Shown: piece by piece, positions 52,365-64,000 of the stretch | Layout: every line of letters begins with the position of its first letter | Numbering within the stretch: position 1 is the first letter of the stretch | Assembly: GCF_006345805.1 (NCBI RefSeq) | Contig: NC_043000.1 | Span: forward strand, 56,730,001 to 56,794,000 | DNA from: Octopus sinensis | Lineage: Eukaryota | Reading direction: 5' to 3' | DNA: 64,000 nt | Notes under the pieces: model-generated | Seen by the model: only the letters and a program-made list of their open reading frames with translations | Databases searched by the model: none | What the model was told of the DNA's origin: nothing | Program-made: the position numbers and the translations under genes

Positions 52365-52582
52365 CATTCAGATTTTTGCTGTCAAATGTAATGCTTATTT
52401 ATTCATATTGTTTTGTATTAATCATGCACTACCTCATAGATTTGAGATATTCATGATGTGATTGTTTATTTTTAGAATGACATTGTAGGGCAGGTGTAAG
52501 GAGCCAAATCTGGCTGGCTTAAATGCAAAATAAGTAGAATATTTGTGCCAGATATGGCGTGTTTAAATGCTAAAGGGTTAAT
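52365..52582. mobile_element. TTAA-ended piggyBac-like MITE
   Basis: Ends aaatgctaaagggttaa; body matches the 2837-3481 family. Confidence 0.7.
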
Positions 52583-52599
52583 GAGGTACTGATGGAGAT

Positions 52600-52885
52600 G
52601 AGACAACATTTAACTCACTCACTGAAGGGTAAATCTTAATCCCCAAATCCAAAGAAATAATGATCCCTAAAAGCTAGATCCATAACCTACCTTCCTACAA
52701 CATACAAAACTTTAACTGCAATGATATCACAGAGAATATATAACCATCTGCAAGAAGAATAAAGATTTAAAAATTCCAGAAGAGCAGAAAGACTACAGCG
52801 AAAGGCCCACATGGCTCTAAAGATCAATTACTGATCAATAAAGCTATAACTGAAAACTGTAGGAAAAAGAAGGAACTAAATATGG
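52600..52885 (+). pseudogene. R4/Dong RT fragment
   Basis: GPHGSKDQLLINKAITENCRKKKELNMA, the conserved G.KDQLLI.K motif of R4/Dong RT. Confidence 0.7.
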
Positions 52886-53039
52886 CACAGATCAGTTCTT
52901 CACAAACTTTTTTAACCATTGCCCCTTCCTTTTAGTAACACTTTTACAATACTCCCTTATACAATTCAATACCCTTCCCACCATTTTTAGTGTACATAAA
53001 TGTAATGAGATCAGACTAATTTAGTTCCAGCCACATAAA

Positions 53040-53600
53040 AAACACTGGTGTTGATGTCACGTAAAAAGAACCTGTGCTGGTGCCACATAAAAAAGCACTG
53101 GTACTGGTGCCATGCAAAAAGCATTGGTACTGGTGCCATGGAAAAAGCATTGGTACTGGTGCCATGGAAAAAGCATTGGTACTGGTGCCATGGAAAAAGC
53201 ATTGGTACTGGTGCCATGCAAAAAGCATTGGTACTGGTGCCATGCAAAAAGCATTGGTACTGGTGCCATGGAAAAAGCATTGGTACTGGTGCCATGGAAA
53301 AAGCATTGGTACTGGTGCCATGCAAAAAGCATTGGTACTGGTGCCATGGAAAAAGCATTGGTACTGGTGCCATGGAAAAAGCATTGGTACTGGTGCCATG
53401 CAAAAAGCATTGGTACTGGTGCCATGGAAAAAGCAACCAATACACTCCATAAAGTGGTTGGCATTGGGAAGGGCATCCAGCTGTAGAAACCATGCCAAAC
53501 AGACAAAGGAGCTTGGTGCAGCTCCCGTCAAACTAAGCAACCCATGACAGCATGGAAAAACTGGTGTTAAATGATGATGGCGACGACGATGATGATGATA
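53040..53600 (+). mobile_element. RTE-tailed (GAT)n repeat carrying an expanded minisatellite
   Basis: gttggcattgggaagggcatccagc...aacccatgacagcatggaa...(gat)n downstream of the array. Confidence 0.8.
53095..53432. repeat. 26-bp minisatellite, 13 copies
   Basis: Unit gcattggtactggtgccatg(c/g)aaaaa with no spacers; explains the 26-aa periodic ORFs in several frames. Confidence 0.97.
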
Positions 53601-56600
53601 GGTGGTACATATTCAGTTTTGCTTATTAATTTGTTCACATTTTTAAGTCTATTCTTATGATTGTCATTTTATTTTCTTATCCTTTTTTTTTAATAATTTC
53701 CTCTGTATCGGCTGATTTGTTTACCATTTACTCTGTGATAAGCACACAATGTATCTTCCTATAACTGATACAACCTTGCTTTCTAATGTAGTTATTGTGA
53801 ATGCAGAGCAAACAGGCAGTTTATGATAATATTATAACTAGGATTTTTTAAATTTAATATTTGAATAAGAGACAAAAACTAAAAAAAAAAAAAAATTAAA
53901 AGATGCATCTATCACCCATTCTCTACTGTCCTCTTTGTATCCAGTGACCATACAATATTCTCCACTGCTTCCCAGGAGGCACTTACCATCTACTTGTAAA
54001 GCACAAGCATGAATTGACAACCAGAGGGATTCTGACAGTGTTCCCCACATACAGATTCTGGAAATTTTAGCCCTGGGTAAAGTGGTATCAGTTACATGAA
54101 GATACATTGCACTTAGCACAAAGTAAATGACAAACAAAATCATCAGATAACAAACAAAAGAAGAACTTATTAAAAAAAAATATTAAAAAAAGACAAATGT
54201 AATAAATAAAAAAATTAAAATAATCTAACCCTTTCTCTATCAGAAGAATGCTTCTGATCATAAATGTCTGCACGACCAGGGCTGACCTGAGGGTTAAATC
54301 ACAACAAAAAGAATAATAATAACAACAATAACATTATCAATAGCGACAACCTCAAAGCTTTTCGAAAAGAAAAAAAAAAAAAAAAACCCAAAATTAATAA
54401 TTTGATATTGTGTAACTAGCAACAAGCCATAGAACATATAATTGAAGGATTGTATATTCATAAGAATTCAAACAACTGCTGTGAAATAACAACAAAAACA
54501 ATACAGAACAGCAATAATAAGAGCAACAACAACAAACACATAACTAATAAAAAACAACAATAGAAGGCACACAAAAAAAAAGTCAATGAATGAATGAATG
54601 AATGAAACACAGACCCACCAGAATGGGAAATGAAATGTAACTTAAAACTTTAGAGAAAACATTTTCTTTTAGTTTTAGTTAATGGGAGTTTTTTTTTTTT
54701 TCCTGATTTTTGTATTGTTATTGTTTGAAATTTTTGATTTTTGATTTTTGGTGCTATTTGTTTATTTATTTATTTATTTATTTGCTGGCATTTTTCTAAT
54801 TTCTTTTATTTTTATTTTGTTTGTTTGTTTAGATATTTCTTTGATTATTCTTATAAATTTCACAATAGCAAATGTTTGGGAAATGCAGAAGTTGTTTACA
54901 AGGCTGGCAGTAAGCCTGTAGGCTGAGAGCCAGCTAATTTAATGCATATTTGGATAGAAATTAAATAATAAAAACAAAATGCTCTCTATAAGTATGTGTA
55001 CATATGTATGCACATATGTAAATATACATGTGTGTGTATGTGTATGTATATATATGCATAGATGCATATATGTACATGTATGTATATATATATATTTATG
55101 CATACATACATACATTTATATATATATATATATGCATACATACATACATTTATATATATATATATATATATGCATATGTGCATGTATGTAATCTTGTGCA
55201 GTATTATTTTTCTATCATTTTATTTGTTTGTATATGTACACACACACACACATATATATATTTGCATGCGTATGCAATTCTGAGCAGTATTATTACTGTG
55301 TTATTTTATTTATTTATTTATTTTTTATTATTATTATTATTATTACTATTATTTATTATTATTATTCATTTTTGTTTATATTCAGAGTTTCTACTTGTGT
55401 TGGTTGTTTTGTATTTAATTCTCTACTGTCCACATCCCAATGAATTCAGTTTACAAGCAATTATACAATTTCCATGTTTTCTGCATGTACAGGTGATGTA
55501 TCTATTCAATGAAGGAACTGAATTCAGAGCATGAATGAATGAATGAATAAACATATATATATATATATATATATATATGAATAAGACAATGTCAGTATAA
55601 TCAATTTTTAAGCAGACATTCATTTTCATTATTATCCTTTATGTTTTCTTTCATTTCATTTATGTACTTATTTATTCCCTGTGCAACAGGAAAAAAGCAG
55701 CCAAATGCTCTCAAACTACATCGTACCATCTGAAAAATTTGCCTAATAGTCCTTGATATAGGCAGCAAATTGGGAGAATCACTGGAGCATTGGACAGAAT
55801 GCTTCTAGGTGTTTATTCCAACCCTCTGTGCAAATTCTGCCATGATCAACTTTATGTTTCATCCTTTTGGAGGTTGGTAAATAAAGTACCAATCTTGGAT
55901 GGTGTAATAGTAGAATTGTTAGAAGTTTGGACAAGATGGTTTATAGTATCTGTTCTAGCTCTTAGATCAAATTCCACCAAGATGTCAATGGACAAGGCTC
56001 ACTACAAGAGCATTCCTTCCAATCCATAAGCCAGGCCTTAAAGCCAACATAGATAAGCTAGAAATGGCTAAATGGAGACCTTTGAAACTCATCATCCAAT
56101 GACAAAAGCATCTCTTCCAACATGCAGTTTGCCTGCATCAACGACCAAGATATGGAGTGCTGAAAAGTTTCTGGCTTCTAGGTATCATGAAAGACCTGGT
56201 TGAAGGCCCAGCCTTCTGAGTTCTTTTACAGAGTTTAGAAGAACTGAAGAACTGCTGCAATAAGTATGAGAATCTGAGAAGAGAATGTTGAATAAAAGCA
56301 TAATTAACTGATCCTGGTGTATTTTCTTTTACCCAAAGCCAGATAAGCTGATAAAGTTCAATGGGTACCTTGATAATAAATGGGTACCTGAAATAAAGAT
56401 GAGATGGTCATGGGGGAAGTGCTTTGATAACAGGTCTGCTCAATTTTTGAAGATTTAAATAAGATACAAATTGATAGAACAGAACACCTCCTGTATCACT
56501 TGTAGAATTGTTCAAGGATCTATAAGGACACCTTATGTCTTTCAACGCCACAAATGCACAAGGAATACAGGGTTCTTCCAAAATTTTTATGCCATTTAAA

Positions 56601-56849
56601 ATTTGTATAACTTTAGTTCTCTATGCAGTAGAATTGAAAGTACATGGCCAAGTGGTCGGAGAGTTAGGCTCATGATCATAATGTCACAGGTTCAATTCCT
56701 GGAATGGACAATGTTTTATGCCCTTGAGCAAGTGTATTCTTTTATGTTACTCCAGTCTGCTATAAATGAATAGCAGCTGGGTGCTGGTGCACCCCCTCCC
56801 CTCCCTCCTTCCATATCCAAGATGTGCCACAGAACGAGAAGTAAACAGT

Positions 56850-57270
56850 ACAAGAGGGTATCTTGATCAGCTCATGAGAACAGAAATACCTAAAACAATC
56901 AGCAAATGCAAGGTACATTACTAAACCATATTTGCTCAAAAGTGGTAGCAAGTTGTATGTTTTTATCGTTGTGAAGTTGGCTTTAGGCACCAGACCATGC
57001 AGAGTTCCCAAATTCTATTTCCAAGACCAGCTGGAAGCCACTCTCCCTTGCTACTCCATTGACCCAAATACCTGGGAGACAATCACCAAAGACCACACAA
57101 AGTGGCAGCATGTTGTTGCTAAGGGAATGGTCCAGATGAAAAATAAGACATTGCGATGCAAAGAATGACTCACACCTACTTGTCCCCCACCAACCCTCAC
57201 CTGCAACAAACGTACCCCTCACCCCGGCTCTTCTGTACCACCTGAACAGCCACCTCAGGCACCAGTACCC
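56850..57270 (+). pseudogene. RTE/BovB-like LINE 3' fragment
   Basis: RPCRVPKFYFQDQLEATLPCYSIDPNTWETITKDHTKWQHVV resembles the RTE R..GRP..R.KD.LK..L....ID...WE....DR..WR motif. Confidence 0.65.
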
Positions 57271-58054
57271 TAGGTATCCATTTAGATGAAGAGGCTTCAT
57301 CTCTCACTATACTACTCAAACAACAGCAGTAGAATAGTGACAGTAGAATTAATCTTTGAAAAGATGAGCAAAAGACTTTATTACATTTTTTAATCAATTT
57401 ACTTTTAGAGAGTTTTTTTCTTCCATCATGTCCACCATCATTACTTTTACAAACCATAATAATATTCCGAAGTTCTAGAAAATATGCTAACAGTAATTTT
57501 TAGTTATACCATAAATCTAATTAGGGTGATTACCAGCACTCAAAGTTACTCAGAGAATGAGATTTAGTTAAATGACCCCATAAAATGTAGCTGAAGTAAT
57601 TTTATTTTAAATTAATAAGCAATTATTATAATGATTTTTTTTTATTTGCAATGATAAAGTACATCAGCCTTCTTAATGTACTTTAAAGATTAATTTTATC
57701 ATATTATATAACTAATTTAGGTTTCGGAAATTTAAAATTTAAAATCTCTAAAACACATTTCAGTATAACTGTGCAGTTAAGACGCTCACTTTGCAACTGT
57801 GTGGTTTTGGGTTCAGTCCCAACCAATGCCTGTGAGTTAATTTAGTAGATGAAAACTGTGTGGAAGCCTGTTATGCATGTGTGTGTGTGTGTGCATGTGT
57901 CTTTGAGTGTATTTGTACTTGTCCCCCACCTCCGCCTGACAACTAGAGTTGCTTTGTTTACATCCCCCTATAACTTAGCAGTTTGGCAAAAGAGACTGAT
58001 AGAACAATTAACAGACTTAAAAAGAAGTACTGGAGTCAATTTGTTTGACTAAAT

Positions 58055-58301
58055 CAGTGGTTCTCAAATGAGGTTCATACAAACATTGGCAAGTCCATAC
58101 AAGATTTTGTTGTTAAAATTTATGTGCTTATACTAGTACAATAGACAAAGTATTTTAACATTTTTTTAATACAATTCCTAATAACATTTAATCATTAAAA
58201 TATAATGAGATTTTATTAAAACTTCAAATCATTGTAGGGGTCCATCTGAGTTAAATAGAAAACAAAGGGATCCACAAGCAAAAAGTGGTTGAGAAACACT
58301 G
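58055..58301. mobile_element. hAT-type MITE inserted in a SINE
   Basis: cagtggttctcaa...ttgagaaacactg; imperfect TSD gactaaat/gacttaac; SINE sequence resumes on both sides. Confidence 0.7.
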
Positions 58302-60019
58302 GACTTAACCCTTCAAGGCAGTGCTCCAGCAAGCCACAGCCCAACAAAAGTGAACAGTAAAACATAAAAGATAGGTATTTTATAATGGCCATGCATTTCT
58401 ACCAAGGAGACAGTCTTACATATCACATCCTCTATTCATAAACAAAAACAAAAAACAAAAAAATTACACCCCTCAAAGTTGCTACAAATGCAAGGACTCA
58501 CAATCTCTGATGACTTTTTATACACCCCCATTTGATGCATATCAGTTGTACTCTTCCAGAGTACAATTGGTATGCATTAGTCCAAAAACTAATACAGCTA
58601 CTGAAGATGCAAGTTTGAGCAGTAAAAAATTAGAAAACATAGAATGAGTGATGGTGTAAACAATGTAAAAATAAGGATATTTTTGCATTTATTAGGAACC
58701 TTTTATGTTCATATATAGTCAGAGGCTGCGATGGAATCCACAGCAGTGAGGGAAAAAAATGGTGGACTTACTCAGTATACACAAACACCAATTACTTAAC
58801 ATTTACCAAAGGTTGTTTACAAAGACCACTAACACATGATTAGGGCCAAGTTTAGCAATCAATGTTATAATTATTTTGCAACACATATATTTCTGAGAGA
58901 ATTTCAATGAAATAAAAACAAATTTTATTCTCTGTCTGTCTCTAACCTTTTAGCATTTAATCTGGTCATATCCGGCCCAAGTATATATATTTTTTTCCTG
59001 TTTTATGTTAAAACTGACCAGATCCAACCCTTCACATCTACTCTACAATGCCATTCTAAAAATATACAAGCATACCATTGAAATCTTGTACAAGATGTGT
59101 GATTAATTCAAAACAATGTGAATAGATAAGCAATACATTTGACAAAGAAATCTGAATACTAAAGGATTAAAAAAAAAATGTTGTAGTATCTTTCTGGAAT
59201 GTTGCTGATTTGGCTAGATATTTGCGAATGGTTGTATATATACAGTTACAAGAGCAGTGTTCTTGGTTGGTCGGCTGGTTGGTTGGAGCTGGGGCAGAAT
59301 GCCACCATAGAAATTGAGCTCTTTTCATGTATATATGATCATATAATCGATTGTTTATTACTTTGTTTGTTGTTTGTTCCATTGATTGTTCGATCAATTG
59401 ATTGATTGATCATTCCCCTCTGTGGCCATAATAATACATTCAGTCAAAGGATTACAACTGCAGATATTACTGTAATCTTTGCTAAACAATGAACTTATAC
59501 TGCTCCGACATCTAACTATAAACAACCAAGAAAAAACAAAAAAAAAAGCAATTTCCTCATACAAACTTTCCATCTTTCACTTTACAATAGCTTTAGTCTT
59601 GGAGGCAAGAAGGCAATTTCATAATCATTCTTCTTCATCAAAAAACTGAATTCACAGTATAAAGAGTCTGCAGCGTTAAGGAAACAATTTTGCTCTCTTT
59701 CTATTTCTCTTCTCCATCAACACCACCATACCACCACCACCACTAATACTACTACTACTACTACTACTATCGTCATCATCAAGTGTTGTCAGCCACATCT
59801 TCATCGTCACCACGGAATAGGACGTGGGGAATTGAACAGAAAATTTGTTAGTGTGTGAAATCTCAAGTTATTTCAGCAAAACTTCACAGGACGGTGAGCA
59901 AAGTAAGAAAATGTAATTACTGAGAAAGCTTTAAGATAGCTTTGAATCCATCTTGATGTAATGATATTTCTCTATTCTGCCCAACTAACACTTCCCCACC
60001 TACTTCAACTTACACTTCC

Positions 60020-60095
60020 CCACCTTTCTCTCTCTCTTGCACAGTCTCTCTCACTTTCATTCTCTCTCTCTCTCTCTCTCTCACAGTCTCTCTCA

Positions 60096-60126
<31 letters not shown>

Positions 60127-60204
60127 CTGCACATAACTCAGTAAACTCTATAGTTGGTTTTCTGTTCACACTTCCATCTCTCCTACCAGCCCCACCAATC
60201 TCTT

Positions 60205-60239
<35 letters not shown>

Positions 60240-60282
60240 CTGCCTTCTCTCTCTCTCTCCTCTCCAGCCCTCTCTCTCTCTC

Positions 60283-60352
<70 letters not shown>

Positions 60353-60394
60353 CTCTCTCTCTATCTCTCTCTCTCTCTCTCCTCTCTCTCTCTA

Positions 60395-60490
<96 letters not shown>
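60020..60490. repeat. Long (CT)n polypyrimidine tract followed by (TA)n
   Basis: Directly visible; source of the LSLS ORFs. Confidence 0.95.
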
Positions 60491-60493
<3 letters not shown>

Positions 60494-61005
60494 TATTCTC
60501 CAGTATGCAATATAGCATGCTACTGCAAAGTGCTTTTACAGTGCACTATGGCCAAATGGCATGATGGGCCAAGAATTTGAGAAAATAACACATGACAGCT
60601 TTGCTAACTGCAGCTCGCGGAGCTGCAGCAGAAAACGTATGACAAACACAACCAAATGCAAAAATAGCTCTATGTATCTGAGTGGATTAAAAAAAAAAAA
60701 AAGAAAGAAAAAGAAGTACAAGACAAGGGTGCAGCACAGGCTTACGGAAATAGGAAGTAATGAAATAAATGAGCTCTTTAAAGGTTTTCACCGAGGTGAA
60801 TGAGATGTTACAATGTCTCAACAGTTTTTAAAAAAGAGAGAAAGTATTGTTGTAAGATGTAACTCTTTCACGACTGTATCAGCCCTGCAGAGCACATCGT
60901 GATTGATTGACAGAAACTATTCTCTAAATATTCTAACTATACAACCTGTTTAGAATGAATTACACTGAAGCCAGAGAGATAAGATAAAAAGTAGATGTGT
61001 TTGTA

Positions 61006-61067
<62 letters not shown>

Positions 61068-61247
61068 GATGCATATGGGTATATGTGCATAAATGCACAT
61101 ATATATATATATATACGACTACTACTACTACTACTACTAATATAGGAATAAGTCTTTTTACAGAAAAAAAAGTCATCAAAAAATAAAAGTACCAGCATAT
61201 TAAAATACCTTTAAAGGTTAAAATTATAAACAACTTATATGTATATA

Positions 61248-61433
61248 GGGAGAATTCACAAAAAAACAAAAGACATAGACAGGTGGTGTAGAAAACGAAC
61301 AGATGTATTAGTATAACGATCAGGAATTGAAAAAGTCTTTAACGTTTCAAGCCTACGCTCTTCTACAGAAAGGAACACAGAAAGAAACAAGGAGAGAAAA
61401 AAAATGTGTGTAGTGGCTACTGATCTATCATGG

Positions 61434-61435
<2 letters not shown>
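61248..61435 (-). mobile_element. ~180-bp non-coding HHR element, copy 3
   Basis: Motif at 61337-61373: CUUU CUGUAGA A GAGC GUAG GCUU GAAA CG UU AAAG. Confidence 0.75.
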
Positions 61436-61467
<32 letters not shown>

Positions 61468-62016
61468 CAAAGGACATACTAGGTATGTCTAACTGCTGGA
61501 AATAACAGTCAAAGCTCTTTAAGTTGCCGGAAAAAACTGATGTTAACAACAGAAATCAACCATCTGAGGGCAAACGGGCTAAGACGATCTCTCATCATAC
61601 ATTCATGTCTTTGGACTCACATGGAACGTTGTCTGGACTGGCATTATAGCTTCACCTTCCTCACCTTCACTAATATATTTCTCCTGAATTATTTGCTCTA
61701 TATTGACATTAGTTTCACGCTGGTGGCTGCCATGATTCAGCACAAAACAAATTAGTTGCAGCACAGACTTCAACGTAACGGGTTGGGGCTCTACATCATG
61801 GTAATGTGTGCTGAGGAATGTGAGGCTATAATGCCAATCCAGAAACCAGTCACATGGGTCCAAATACTTGAATGTATGTTGAGAGATTGTCTTAGCCCAT
61901 TTAACTGCAGACAGTTGATTTCTGTAGATATCAGTTTTTTGGGGGGTTTTTTTGTGATTTAAATAAGAGTTTTGACTGTTATTTCCAGCAGGTAGCCATA
62001 TTTAGTATGTCCTTTG
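61468..62016. mobile_element. Foldback-type element with ~200-bp imperfect inverted arms
   Basis: caaaggacatact...ctgctggaaataacagtcaaa...gggctaagacgatctctca...ggcattatagcttcac is mirrored at 61810-62016 (roughly 80% by eye). Confidence 0.8.
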
Positions 62017-62160
62017 AGTAATTATAATCCTTCAGTTATTCAATGCTTTTCTGGGCCTGCAATTGCCTATGTTACTGAATCACCTATATTACACTAGATA
62101 ATAAGAGAGTCAATAATATCTTCACAAATATTTTCACCTGAATTATTTCCTCCATATATA

Positions 62161-62410
62161 CATCATCATCATCATCATCATCGTTTAACATCCGCTTTCC
62201 ATGCTGGCATGGGTTGGACGGTTTGACTGAGGACTGGTGAGCCAGAGGCTGTATCTCAATCTGATCTGGCAAGTTTCAACAGCTGGATGCCCTTCCTAAT
62301 GCCAACCACTCCAAGAGTGTAGCAGGTACTTTTACGTGCCATCGGCACGAGGGCCAGTCAAGCAGTTCTGGCAAAAACCACGCTCAAAAGGTGTTTTTAC
62401 GTGCTACTTG
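62161..62410 (-). mobile_element. RTE-tailed (GAT)n repeat
   Basis: Same family as 9969-10293. Confidence 0.8.
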
Positions 62411-63370
62411 CATGTATATAACCTAAATAGAACTGGTTAGAAGATGAAGAATTTTTAGTTATAAACAAGTATCAAACTCAAAAACATTTGAAAGCTAAGT
62501 CTAAGCATGCTAGAAACAGCAGCCAAAATCTCTCTCAAATCAAACTCCACCATTTTAAACAATGAAGGACACATTGGGTAGTTTAGTCCTAGAAACCCTG
62601 TGTGAAATAACAACATTTGATTCAACATGGTAGAAGCTTTTGAGAACTTGGTTAGCTTCATGATGTTCCTCAATCTTTCTTGTTTTCAGATGGCACATTG
62701 AAGTGCATATTATGTTTCACTGCCTTCTCGTACCTTCACTTCACACAGTTGTTCTTGTTATTTAGTTCCAGGTCAGTTTCCGATAAGGCAAGCCTATGGC
62801 ATAGATATGGTCATGAGGTTAAGAAGTTTGCTTTGCAATCATATGGTTTCAGGTTCAGCCCCATTGCACAACACCTTGGACAAGTATCTTCTACTACAGC
62901 CCTGGGAGTAAATTTGGTAGAAGGAAACTGTGGAAGCTCATCGTGTGTGTGTGTGTGTGTATGTCTTTTTGTCTGTTTGTCCCCCAACCCTGCTTGACAT
63001 CTGGTGTTGGTGTTTTTACAGCCCTGTTACTTAGCAGTTCAGCAAAAGAGTCTGATAGAATAAATACCAAGCTTAAAAATAAAAAATTACTACCGAGGTC
63101 TAATGACTGAAGCAGGTAAAAGATAAAAGATATATATATATATATACAGACACACACACACACACACACAAGTACAGGCATGTTGTGTATTCAGGAGGTT
63201 TGCTTCCTAGCTACATGGTTTCAGGTTCAGTCCCACTGCGTGGCACTTTGGGCAAGTGCCCCACGCTGACCGACACTTTGTAATTGAATTTAGTAGACAG
63301 AAGTTACGGCAGTTTGTGTAGGTGCTTGTGCCTTTCCAAGAGAGAGAGAGGGAGGGATATATATATATAT

Positions 63371-63773
63371 ACTCTTTTACTCTTTTACTTGTTTCAGTCA
63401 TATGACTGTGGCCATGCTGGAGCACCGCCTTTAATCGAGCAACTCGACCCCGGGACTTATTCTTTTGTAAGCCCAGTACTTATTCTATCAGTCTCTTTTT
63501 GCCGAACCGCTAAGTAACGGGGACATAAACACACCAGCATCAGTTGTCAAGCAATGCTAGGGGGACAAACACAGACACACAAACACACACACATATATAT
63601 ACATATATACGACAGGCTTCTTTCAGTTTCTGTCTACCAAATCCACTCACAAGGCTTTGGTCGGCCCGAGGCTATAGTAGAAGACACTTGCCCAAGGTGC
63701 CACGCAGTGGGACTGAACCCGGAACCATGTGGCTGGTAAACAAGCTACTTACCACACAGCCACTCCTGTGCCT
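63371..63773 (-). mobile_element. Full-length young tRNA/CORE-like SINE
   Basis: Closest to the apparent family consensus; head ends ...ccactcctgtgcct. Confidence 0.9.
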
Positions 63774-64000
63774 ATATATATATATGCACAGAGAAAGAGA
63801 GACAGAGACAGACAGACAGAGAAAGAGGAGGCAAAACAGCAAACATAGAAGTCTCAGAAGGAAAATAACATTGTCAGATTATGCAATTCTGAGTGGTGTG
63901 TACTAGAGAGAGAATATCTATGTTTTAGTATGTGTGTGTGTGTGTGTACCTGTATATATGTGTATATTTATATGTGCGTATGTATGTTAATGCAAAAATG

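Noticed and set aside
53095-53432. CRISPR-like array or repetitive protein (WHQYQC / KKHWYWC ORFs)
   Set aside because: Units are contiguous with no unique spacers, there are no cas genes and the context is eukaryotic; the ORFs are open in several frames on both strands only because the 26-bp unit lacks stops.
53986-54075. Candidate minus-strand exon ending in G|GTAAGT
   Set aside because: Plausible splice signals exist on both strands, the peptide is unrecognised and no partner exon was found.
58595-58650. CUGAAGA-UGC/GCA motif
   Set aside because: No GAAAN..UH arrangement or stem I.

Overview
AT-rich, microsatellite-dense metazoan DNA. The SINE and MITE families present look like those of a coleoid cephalopod, most likely Octopus (recognised from memory, not from a database search). 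No intact host gene, rRNA, genuine tRNA, CRISPR array or prokaryotic operon can be supported; the window reads as intronic or intergenic sequence with one 100-N scaffold gap (15272-15371). It is a mosaic of tRNA-headed SINEs, RTE-tailed repeats, TTAA/hAT/mariner MITEs and decayed LINEs (CR1-like, R4/Dong, HERO, RTE), plus Penelope-like element (PLE) relics. The main signal not shown by the ORF track is RNA-level: at least 14 minimal type-I hammerhead ribozyme (HHR) motifs of about eight sequence families, some intact and some decayed. Most have a short self-complementary stem III, most sit beside (TA)n tracts, and several occur as inverted pairs. These include a 5'-truncated GIY-YIG PLE with an intact HHR in each inverted terminal repeat (15.6-17.6 kb), a ~311-nt HHR unit whose end-to-start junction is preserved in an adjacent inverted copy (circular or tandem, retrozyme-like template, 24.5-24.9 kb), a ~300-bp near-perfect palindrome with an HHR on each strand (24.9-25.2 kb), and three dispersed copies of a ~180-bp element sharing a non-canonical U6 core. 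All RNA structures were folded by eye and are untested.
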